DNA from: Lingula anatina
Lineage: Eukaryota; Animalia; Brachiopoda
Assembly: GCA_051362555.1 (NCBI GenBank)
Contig: CM120640.1
Span: forward strand, 59,064,788-59,128,787
Direction: 5' to 3'
Length of the DNA: 64,000 bases
Made by a program: the position numbers and the translations under genes. Shown one piece after another: positions 24,892 through 36,800 of this stretch (positions are counted from its first letter, which is position 1; each line of letters starts with the position of its first letter). The notes under the pieces were generated by a model that was given only the letters and a program-made list of their open reading frames with translations, was not told the DNA's origin and ran no database searches.

Positions 24892-27800
24892 AAAATGTGG
24901 TTCACTTTCTCCAGATGAAGTCGAAAATAAATTCTTACCTCTGCAAGCCGAAATCTGTGTCTGAGCACACTGCCATCTTGTGGTGACATCCAGGAAATGG
25001 TGATGGTGTCACTGGTGCTGTTCTCAAATTTCAGTCTCCCTGGGTACTCAAAGGTGGTGTTGATGATTTCCTTACTTATGCTGTAGTATTCACCAGCTTG
25101 GTCATAAGCCAGTACCTAAATTGACAAAAATTAAAATGAACATTTAGATTTCATTATGACTGTTTAGAGGTAAAATTATTAACTCTAATACGGGACACTG
25201 ACATAGAGATTCCGATATTTCATCCTCATCCCAAGGACATTTTCAGAGAACTGTCACTAGAGGTGACACTGCTGGTGGTATTGCAGTTATCACATGACAG
25301 TCGGCATGGAATCGCTTATAGTGTTGAACAAGGAAGAGGACTGGTTCCAGAGAGGTGTCAAGGAGGCCTTACATGAAAGGATTGAGAAACCTACATTAAA
25401 CTGGAGTGGAGGGTCTGCGTTTTCAGCTACATCATGTGTGGGACCGGGCCCTGGGGGTGGTTCCGTGCCGACTGTCATGTGATAACTGCAATACCAGCAG
25501 TGTCACCTGTAGTGACAGTTCCCCGAAGATGTCTTTGGGATGAGGATGAAACATTGAATTCTCTACGTCAGTGTCTAGTATTAGAGTTAATAATTTTGCC
25601 TTTAAACATCACAATTAGATGACTCAAAATTTACATTTAAATATGACTGTTTAGGTTATAAAAATATTCAAATTAAATTGTATGTCATTTTGTATATCTA
25701 ATCAAATGTTACCAAAGAATCCTCATCCTAGAAAACAATCATCCTTTTAAGTTAATTATTTACCACATTTGCTTTGATCATTGCTGGAATGACATTTTAT
25801 TGCTCATGTTTTCAAAATATTACAGTGATAGGTCAATTCACAGCTTAGCACATTTTACCTGAAAGCTGTAAGTAACAGCAGCAGTTAAGTTTTCAATTTC
25901 GGCTTTATGGCCAATGTAAGGCCCCCGGGGAGTTTGTCCTGACACTACTCTCCCTGTGTAGTCTAAACTTCTCCACATCACAGAATAAGTTATGTCTTCA
26001 GGTGGCCCATGGGGATTCAATGGAGGCTCCCAGCTTACCGAAATTTCTTTCGGTGTTAGAGTTTCTGACTTGACGTTGACTGGCTCTGATGGTGCTGATA
26101 ATGAGAAAAATGGACACTTAAAACATCATTAAGACTGATGCATGGTAATATTAAACTGTTTTCACTGAATATGCTGCTTCAATATGCCAAAAACAGTCTT
26201 TCACTACTTCAAACAATTCATTCCTAAAAATTGCCAAACAATAAATGTACACGTTCTATTTTCTTTAGAAGAAGCTATGTAAATAAAATAGAATTCCATT
26301 AAAAAAAAAAACCGTCCCACATATATTTGATGAAATTAAATGAGTTTATGTGTGTATGTTAATAAACTCACTTCCAGCACTAGTTTTGAACACCACAAGG
26401 GGGCCTGGATCTGGTTCAGGTGCAGAGTAATAATTGCTGGCAGCTACTTGGAATGTATAATTTGTATAAGGCTCCAATCCTGATATTGTTACCTCTTGGC
26501 CGTAAACAACCTAATAATTTTAGGTCAAAACATCTGATTTTTAATGATTTCATGGAAAATAGCTCATTGCAGTATTATTAGCATGGGATAAAATTTTATC
26601 TGATGATGCGATATCTGATAAAACTCAACAATGACCAATGTAATTATTAATTTCCAAAATAAGAATAGTGTTCATTACGGTGTTGATAAACACATATCTA
26701 CTCTACAAATTAAGGAAATTATGAAATTATTATCTATATTTGCAAGGACTACTTATTCTGAATAAATCTTTTTATAGTAAACTGTACCCTTTTTGCATCA
26801 CTGCCATTTTCTTTCCCATAATACACTTGGTACTGCACTGTGGGAAGGTTAACAGAGTCACATTTGACTGGGAACCTCACAGGAGGTATTTGAAGTGCAA
26901 TACTGCTACTCTGAACTGACAGTTTGACAGGGGTCTCCGTGTAGTTGGTTATCAGCAGACATGATGAATCTAAATTTGAACAAACATTCAAATAATGCAA
27001 GTTATAAACCATCCATGTTGAATTTTATTCATGTCCAATTAAATCAATTAGTTTGCCCACTTTAAATTTCAGGAGCTTTTAAAAACACGAGGTTTTGAAT
27101 AAATGCGTGAAGATGTCCAGCTGAATTCCTTGTTGCTATAATTTTCCTTACCTGGCATTGGCTGTAGATGTTCACCAAACGCCACAAGGTTTTTTGTCCC
27201 TGCAACATCTAGTGCCTGCATAGATAATCCGGCAACTCTAGGCAATAAATACAACCTTTCTTCAGTCTCGTTGAGAAGATAAAGGAATTCTCTGTCAATG
27301 CTCAATGAACTAGGGGTGAAACCTGGAAAAAACAACTATCTAGTTTTCTTCATTTCGTAAATGCACTTTTATCATTAGACAAGCTCATTTCATTGCTCCA
27401 GAAAAATATATGATGATTACATAATAACTTCTTTCCTTTTGGTAATATATTTTCAGTTGGTATTCCAGGCTTTTGAATGATCTTTTTTATTTCAAAGAGA
27501 ATGTATCCCATAGCTTTTATCCAATGCATGAGATATAATGCACACTTGAGTGACATTATATTCAACATGTAATTTACCTAAAGAGGCCATCACAGAAGAA
27601 TTTGCTATCAACTGACACATGCATCCTGTGGAGTCAGACTTCAACAGTTGCCCTAGTGAGGTATCTACCCAATAGTATTCTTGTTGTCCATTCTCACTAA
27701 CCAACATGGCTACAGCTGGTCCCACTGTTGCTTCCATGGGGCAGTTACAGTTTGTGTCCCTCTTCCTCCTGCGACCATAGTGGTTGCCATATATTGGAGG

Positions 27801-30800
27801 TAAAATCTGAGTGATCTCATTACTTTTCAGGTCCATCTCTACTACCCTGTTCATTCCACTGTTGTACAACTCAAGCCAAGACAGTTTGCTATTAAAACAG
27901 TTAAAATTGCATTAAAGCTTAAGGACAACAGAACAGAAAACAGATAAAATATGTTCATAAAGACAAGATATACAGCTAAAACAGCATTTACAGGTTTGCC
28001 AATGTTTAAATTATCAAATGATTATCACAACAGAATAACACCTAAAACAAAGATATTCTATAATTAGAAATACACAGGGAAAACAGTTTAGTAAATAGGC
28101 AACTTTGTTTTAAAAAATGAAGAAAGAAAGAAATTAGGATATTTAAATTACATAATAATTAATTCACCTTTGCAATGGGTTTGTAAGCAACTGTTGAACT
28201 TTAATGTTCTGATTAGTCTGATACAACATCTGTACTCTTGCTTGGTCTTGCCTATTTAGATCAAATGACCATACACTGCTTCTCCCACTCTGGTCATCAT
28301 AGTCAGCCCAATACAATATCCTGGCTACCCAGTCTGCTGTCAAGGTCTGAGGAGGGTTTACAAGAGTGTGAAGAACCTAGAAACAATTCCAAATGTGGTT
28401 GATTCAAGGTCCTTTGTGTATGTAGCAAAAGAATGATATTTCTAAGGGCGCATTCACAACCAGTTGATCTATGGACCATCGGATCCTCTGATCAAATATG
28501 GCCAACCCACTTAAAAGCTAGCTGCATAATCCCCTAATAGACACTAAATAGATTCCCTGAGGAGAATACTCAGCAAGCTTTAAAGTGAGTTGGCCATATT
28601 TGATCAATGGAACTGTTAGTCTGCAGATCAACTTTGGTTGTGAATGGGGCCTGAGATATAGCACTAACAGGCAGGTTCAAATCTATGGGTTTACTTAGTT
28701 GTGTGATATAATTTTATAGGACATGCTGAATCCATTTTTGTAACAGATTATGCCAAGATTCAATGAGAATTAGGTTACACTCACAAAGTTAATCAAATTT
28801 CCAACCTGTTTCTGCAAGTCCATTTCAGTGTTCTTCCGGAACAACTTTAAGGCATCTACCCAAAAGAAGCTGCCATCATGAGCTATGTATGTAGAGACGA
28901 CCACATTAGTTCCTCTGGTCACTGTGGTATCTACTCTACCCCTGTCAGCATCAAATACACGGATGGATGATGCTGTTTGTAGAAGCAATTTAGGAGGAGG
29001 CACCTCAACTGTAATGGAAATCAAAAGATTCTTCACTTACACTTTGGTGGGGACATTTTGAACATTACATTCTCAAGTGATTCTAAATGTTAGCTCACAT
29101 CTTATAAGATCTTTTAATCTGATTTTTACAATGAATCAAGCAAATATGGTTTTATTAGTAAACCAATATATATGATATGAAGGTGCTGATTGAGGAACAT
29201 ATAAATTATGAGCAAGTAAGATTTACATGAGGAATTGACAAAATAACAACATCTGATCAGAACAACTTACTGCTGGAGTTAACAACAACTTGGTCTGAAT
29301 ATTTTCCACAACCAACATAAGTGCATGCTTGAACCTAAAAGCACAAAGTACACATTCCAATGAAGTTACCATGACAAAATATTCAAACACACATCATCTA
29401 CTCTGATCCTTTCAACAAAAGAATTACATTACAAAGTAGATTATCATTTACAGGTGGAGGCTTAGGTTTTGATTCTTAAGGGGTGTAAAAGATACAATTT
29501 AATCATATCACCCTGGAAGATGTCAGAAACCAGACTGAACCTTTCATGGCAGTCACAATAAAAGACATAAGACTTAAAAACATGGCATAAAAGTCAATTT
29601 ACATTACGATACTTCAGACAGGTTATAATTACTAAATAATTTTGACAGATATATCCACCAACCCTACCTGGAAAGAATATGCTTCATTTCTGGTTCCATT
29701 CAGTTTGAACAAAGTGACATGTCCTGGAAGCTGTAGCTGGATCTTTTCACCAGTACCAATAATATAGGTCAAATGATAAGCAATGAGGACACCATTTTCT
29801 CTTTCTGGTTTTCTCCAATGGAATTCAACAGCAATAAGTATAACTTTTCCAAAAACATTCCTCTTGTGGGAAACAAAAGCATTTGCATGAGATGGTTCAC
29901 CTGGAACTGAAATGAATATTTACTCAATGAAAAATATCATCCAACATTCAGAATTATGCATATAAAGTTTAGTGCAAAAATAAATCATAGAAAAAAAATC
30001 TATTTTTTAATTCTCATATATTTACTTCCGTTCCATTATATGAATGTAAAGTATAATAATTATGTTCTAGTATTTTGTTGGTTGAAACAAAAAAGAAGAG
30101 AAAAAAAATAAACAAAGAAAAATAGAACAGAATATAAAATCTGACTCTAACCTCCCATAGGAGTCCGCAGTGTGACAGAGGTGGGCAGTCCAGTGTGCCA
30201 GTATGTGTACGGCCTCACTGTCACATTGAGACTGGTGTATGGAGGAATACTTCTTATCATCAAAGATGATTCTGACACGATCTAAGAAAAAAATATACAT
30301 TTATACCTAGACAAAATGGTTTGTAAAAAAAGTTAATGAAAACACTTTAGTGACTACATCTGGTATTTCATAAACCTATTATGTCAACTGAAAAATATGT
30401 GTATCACATAAAATAGATTGAACTTTTTAAAAAAGAAGACTATTAAATGCACAAATGCACATTCCTGAGAGCAGTAAAAAGTGAATCCAACAATGACACT
30501 TCTCAACCACAAAACATCAGACATATATTTAACCTTTAATGAGCTAAACTTACCTGTGCATCTTGGAAATTAGGGTAATACAATGCAACCTCATAGAACA
30601 AGCTCCCATAGTTCAGCTGCTGGTCTGGAGTCCAAATCACTTCAAATTCTGTCCAATTGCCTTGCAGGTAAATTGAAGACTTTGGTATCACTGCAGGAAG
30701 CACATTTATCTCCACAAGATCAGTAGATTTTTGGACAAAACCTGAAAAAGAAAACCCACAGTGATACACATAGAATGTAACTTAGCAAATAAAATAATTG

Positions 30801-33800
30801 ACAAAAGATTGACACAGTTTCAAAGAACAGTACTATTAATTTTTAACATTCTTCATTTCAAATAAACAAAGGATACATTCCAGTATATTGTTATGTAAGT
30901 TATACATTTAAACAGATTATTCTGATCATAAGAGAAGTTATCTATATATCTAAAGGTAACTGGGGAAAGAACATAAAGGTAACTGGGGTGTTGCTGATAA
31001 TATTTATTGTTAAACAAAGGGCATTAGTATCATACCTGTACGTCCTAGTGAAGGATGCACGATTTTTATGGCAGACACATTCTGCAAGGGAAGCAGCATT
31101 TTAGCCAAATGATCTCCTTTTTCACTGCCAACAGTCAATGTACTATGGTCATCCAAGAAATAAATGTGCCCTTGGAAATAATGCAATACTGGTAACCTGT
31201 CAAATGGAAAACAACTAAGGTAAATATCCAAAATACTGCACAATGTCACTAGATTGGTTTACTTTGGATAACATATTCTAATACTGCTGGAACTTGTTGC
31301 CCCAAGAAAAAAAAGATTAATTGCTTAAATGCAAAGAACCATTTTCTGCTTTGAAACTAATTTGGCAAAATAAATGTCAATTTAATCTATGAGATCAGCT
31401 ATAATATTGTAACAAAGAAATCAGACAGCACTGATAGCCCTGCAAATGACAAATAATATTGCAACAAACCTAGAAAAATCTTCAATTTTTGAGACCACGC
31501 TGACTGTTGAGGCAGGATTCTCTCCCAATCTTCCACTTGCCATACTGGCAGAGTACAGACACGACTTTGTCATATCAACTACTAACCAATACACAAGTCT
31601 CTTATCCAAATCTAATGTTAAGCCAAGGGCCTGAGGAATGGCTAAATATGAGTATTTAACATAGTAAAAATGTTCATCTCCATTCAGTCTGCTGCATTCC
31701 ACAGTGTGATGAGTGTTCCAATACATAAATCCACCAGCGGAGTCTATGGCAAGGTCTCTTACTGGTGACTGCAACTGGTACACAGACTCTATGTAACTGC
31801 CATTTAAGTTAGACCTATAAATCTATAAAAAACAAATATAAACGCTAAAAATTTAACTTACAAGTTCAGAAACTGAAAAGAGCATTTATAAAACATCAAT
31901 AGAAAATGGTTGCTCATCACTTCAATAAAAATACTTTTAAAATCCACCATATCACTGATTAACATTGACATTTACATCTTTTTGCAAAACTCACCACACT
32001 GTTCAAGCTGCTCCAGTATAGCTTCTCTCCAATCCAGTCCACAGCAATGGCAGTAGGTAGTTTAACGTGGCCTAGCTCTAATAAAGTACTGGTACTGGTG
32101 TTGTACAGAGATGCCTTTTTGGTGCTCCAGCTAAGGATATAGTGCTCACCCCAACAAGATATATCTGTGCCATACAAAACAATTTGAAGATTCAAAACAT
32201 ACAACCATGATTTCAGTTTTCATAAACATTCATATACATGACTGCCTAAAATAATTTTAAAATAAATGTTAAAAAAGTATTTACTTATAAATCATGCCAA
32301 AAAATAGGTTTTGTTTTAAACGGGCATACAAAGAGGTTTTAGTTGGAAATGATACAAAAAAGCACTTTCACAACATCAATCACTGCAAAAATCAGGGAAA
32401 TCCCAAAGGAGGAATGTGTTCGAGAAATTGACAATTTTTTCGCGACGTATACAAGTGTGCATCCAATGCCTCGGGAGCCATTTAGATCATATTTTTAAAA
32501 AGAACATAACATTTATGCAAAGCAACCAACATAACTGAAACTTTGGGGAATGACAATACACATACTGTGAATTTCTTGAAAGTTGACTGACTTTTGTAGG
32601 ATTTAATTTTTTTTTTTTTTGGGGGGGGGGGGGTCACCATGTAATATACACATCCAATGGTGATGATTATTTAAGATAAACAATTTAGACACCATTCTTA
32701 TATCATCTCAACAACTATGATAGCACTCTCCCTCGGTTTGTATGCCCCTTGGAAAAATAATACTCAAAATATTGCTTGCAAATTTTGCTACAACTAAACT
32801 ATTCAACTTCCAAGTTTCAGCCTGATATCATGTCATTGAAGGCCAAATCTGTTCATTCTAATACAAAGGGTAGGTTAATGTTTTTCCACGGTTTCACTCA
32901 GTTAAAATTCCTAAGGTGTTTGTAACTTGATTAAAATAACAATGCCTTGGAAGTATCAATAGTGAAACCACTTTCAGACAATTTCCTCTTTCACACCAAC
33001 TTGTGACCTGTTAGAGAAACCTATTTGAACACATAATTGAATTGTCTATCCACTGTACTCTACATAACAAATTAACATCACACTCTAACCTGTTATTGTG
33101 CCTTCCATTTCTGTTGTATTGATGATCCACTGCAAGTTTCTCCCTATGGCATTAGTAAGGTAAAGACCAGATGGATTGGCAATTGCTATCTTGGCAGCAT
33201 TTAAACCTAGGATGAAACAAAATTATGTAACACCAGATGCAAGAATTAACTTTAGGAGGCTCTCTCATATTACAAAACACCATTTCTTCCCCAGCGATTT
33301 TGATAAAAATTGTAAAACAAAATTTATTAATTATATGAGTTAAGTATATGAAAAAAATTGGGGGTAATCCAGTTCTTTTTCGAGAGGTAGCGTCCCAAAA
33401 AACATCACAGAGTTTGTAAACAAGTGGGCACATTACGTCATAAAAGTCCAAGCATCACCCAGCGTTCTTCGCTAAAAAGGTTTTTTTTTAATATGCCTAA
33501 CACTTCAATCAAACAAAGATTTCATTAAAGGATGAATTACATATTTTATTGCATGATGTATTTGATCAATAGTCACTGTCATGAAAAAGTACTCAAGCTA
33601 ATATGAGAGAGCCTCCTTAAGTGAAATATAAAAGGTGCTATTCAACCTTACAAAATATACTCTCAAAGGAGTTGGCAAATATGAACAATTATAGTTTGCA
33701 AAACATATGGTACATATGTGCTGATGGGAAAATTGATAACCTCCATTTCACCTACCCTCAAACAGTGTCTTGCCAATAAAAGTGGGTGACCATGGTCCGT

Positions 33801-36800
33801 TTCCACCATCTGAACTGGCACGGATTTTGACTGAATATGTAGCATTTGGCTGGAGATTCTCCATAGTATAGCTAAAATTCTGTATCCTATCAAACTTCCA
33901 GATCTGCCCTGTCCTGCTCTCAGAGACCATTAAGGTGAACCACAGGTGATGTGACATGGAATCTGCAGTTAGAAATAAGAATTAGAATTGTATCAAAATT
34001 ATACCTCAAAATGTTTTATTAGCAATATATTGTTTTTTTTCCTAATGTTAAAAATTATGAACCTATAAAATATTGAATACTGAAATATGTATAACATTTG
34101 AAATCTCAGAGTAATTACATAGCAGACATGTGGACACTTTTTCACATTTAAAAAGGAAAAAATGATGTACAGATATACTGTTTCAAATTGCAGCAATGTA
34201 AGAAATATTTAATGATAAAACAGGTCAATAACCTTTTCAATTTCAAATCAGACAAGTTAAAAGACAGATTAGAGAGTGTTTGAAGGTATGAAGGAGGAAG
34301 TGGGATAGTCAATTCACCTGATCCAAACCCTCTGCTTGGCAGCCTCCATGTGATTACTCCAGTCACACTAGAAAAGATCACCTGTAGCTGAGTAGGCCAG
34401 TGAGAAGGAACTGAAGCAGGATAAAATGTAAGCTTTGTAAAATGTACTTATTAAGTTATAGGTAACATGAAAATGTCTAATGTTAATGAATGTCAACTAT
34501 CCCACAAAAATGCATATCACAAGGTAGACTGATCTCTTGAATTCAACAGTTTTTAGTATAAACACTGGTGTCTTTTAAAATCCTACCAAAAAGATAAATA
34601 GAGGACAACAAACAGATATTCATCATTCATAATTTATAAAAAAACTAAGATAACCACTTAATGAATTATTGAAATATGAGATTTACCTGGCACAGGCTGT
34701 ACTAGAGTATGTAACACACTCATTCCGGTCACAGGTTCATCCCACATTCTATAAACCTCATTGTAAAAGTACTCGTCTCTTGAGCTGTCATATTCCTCAA
34801 AATTAATTTCCACTTGATCACTCATATAAAAGGTTCCACTGAAGTAAATTAAATTCTGAACACTCATTGAAACATCCTTCCTTACAACTACACTGTCTGT
34901 GCCATCTAAATTAGCCTTCATCAAAGATGACTGAAAGTTATTTGGATAGTATAAGAAAAAGTTCTGTAGATCTACTGTCATGGTGGAGAGATTGTGTTGC
35001 TGTAGAATGAGATGCTGTGATAGGGTTGGCTGTATAGGTCCTGTTGAGATTTCAGTCAAAGTAACTCTGTACATGCCACTTGCTTCAGTCATGCCACCTT
35101 GGGTCCAGTACAAATATCTAAAAAATAATAACAGTATTTTTTAACAAGTTTCTTAAGTAATACTTATACCTAACATGCATATTATGTGTCATTTTACTAT
35201 CGTTGCCCTGCTTAAAAGGTGAAATGGTGTTTTTTTCCTCTGAGAAACCCATGTTACCCAAGGTATCATTCACTCAGAAGAGTGACAAATTGCCATGCCA
35301 GTTTTCTTAAACAAAATAAAAACATGATGTGACAGATCTCTTAGAAAAGTTTACATCAACTACTGCTTCTTTAATTTGCCTTTTCAGTTGTAACTCTCTC
35401 GCAATTCAGATTGCTCTAAAACTGATTTAAGTGAGAAATCTTATTTTTTGAGAAAGAGTTATGAAACCTACCCTTTATCATGGTAAGGGTCCAAGTATAT
35501 GCTGGTAGGTGTCAAGATCAAGCCTGTCACAACTGGTTTACAATGGCTGCCTTCCAGAGAACAGCAACTTATCTACAAATGAAAAAAAAATTATCACAAC
35601 CCTTGACTGTGAAAGAAAATTTAATGAACATTCTTAATTAAGTAGCCATTCTTCTACTCATAAGAATTTTTATAGTTCAGCAAATGTATTTTTACATTCA
35701 CTGGATACAGAGGTACAGTCTGTTCACTGATGTCAAATATCTTGACAAACATTTAAGATGATGTCTAGAATGCACGTGATCTGTGTGTCATACCTAACAC
35801 GTCTTTTTAAATTGTTTTAGCTCAATGCATTCTTTATTAAATGTAACAATGTGGGAATCTGATGACAAATAATACATGTAACTAGAGGATCAGAGAGGCG
35901 ATACCGCCTCCGAATATTGTACCACCAGCTGGAGCAAGCGCATTGGTATAGACCCCCACATACACAAAAGAAGGGACACAGCCACCAGTCTTATGCTTGA
36001 CAAGCTGTAAAAATGCAATCAACAAGAATTTTCAAAATATGCAAAAAATATATATAACTTAAAATGGTACAATCAAAGTTAAGTTCATCGTAAGGTAGGT
36101 CAAAGGTCAATTTCAAGGTCACAGTAAATTGCCAGTATATGACTTCCTATTCAACTTTAATGGTAACTATGGACCTATCTCTGCCAGGTTTGGAGATAAA
36201 AGAGAAAGAAATTTGCAAAATTCAGTTCATAGTGAAAAGTAGGTCAAAGGTCAATTTCAAGGTCACATTTAGATTGCCAGTATATGACTTTCCATGCAAG
36301 TTCAATAGAAACTATGGACCTATCTCTGCCAGTTTTGGAGATAAAAGGGAACCAAAATTTGCAAAGTTCAATTCATGATAAAAAGTAGGTCAAAGGTCAA
36401 TTTCAAGGTCACACTTAGATTGCCAGTATATGACTTTCCATGCAAGTTCAATAGAAACTATGGACCTATCTCTGACTTCTTATTCAAGTTCAATAGTAAC
36501 TATGGACCTATCTCTGCCAGTTTTGTAGATAAAAGGGAAGAAAAATATGCAAAGTTCAGTTCATGGTGAAAAGTAGGTCAAAGGTCAATTTCAAGGTCAC
36601 AGTAAAATTGCCAGTATATGACTTCCTATTCAACTTCAATAGTAACTATGGACCTATCTCTGCCAGTTTTGGAGATATAAGGGACTAAATGTTTTAATTT
36701 TGGAGTTACCATAATGTGCCATAAATTTCCTACAGAAAAAAATTAATTAAAATAAAGAAAAGGTCATTTTGGTCAAAATTCTTGAAATAAGAGGTGTTCT

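Noticed and set aside
32234-32646. Possible Tc1/mariner-type MITE (tacatg...catgta)
   Set aside because: The terminal match is only about 6-8 bp, so the boundaries cannot be supported.
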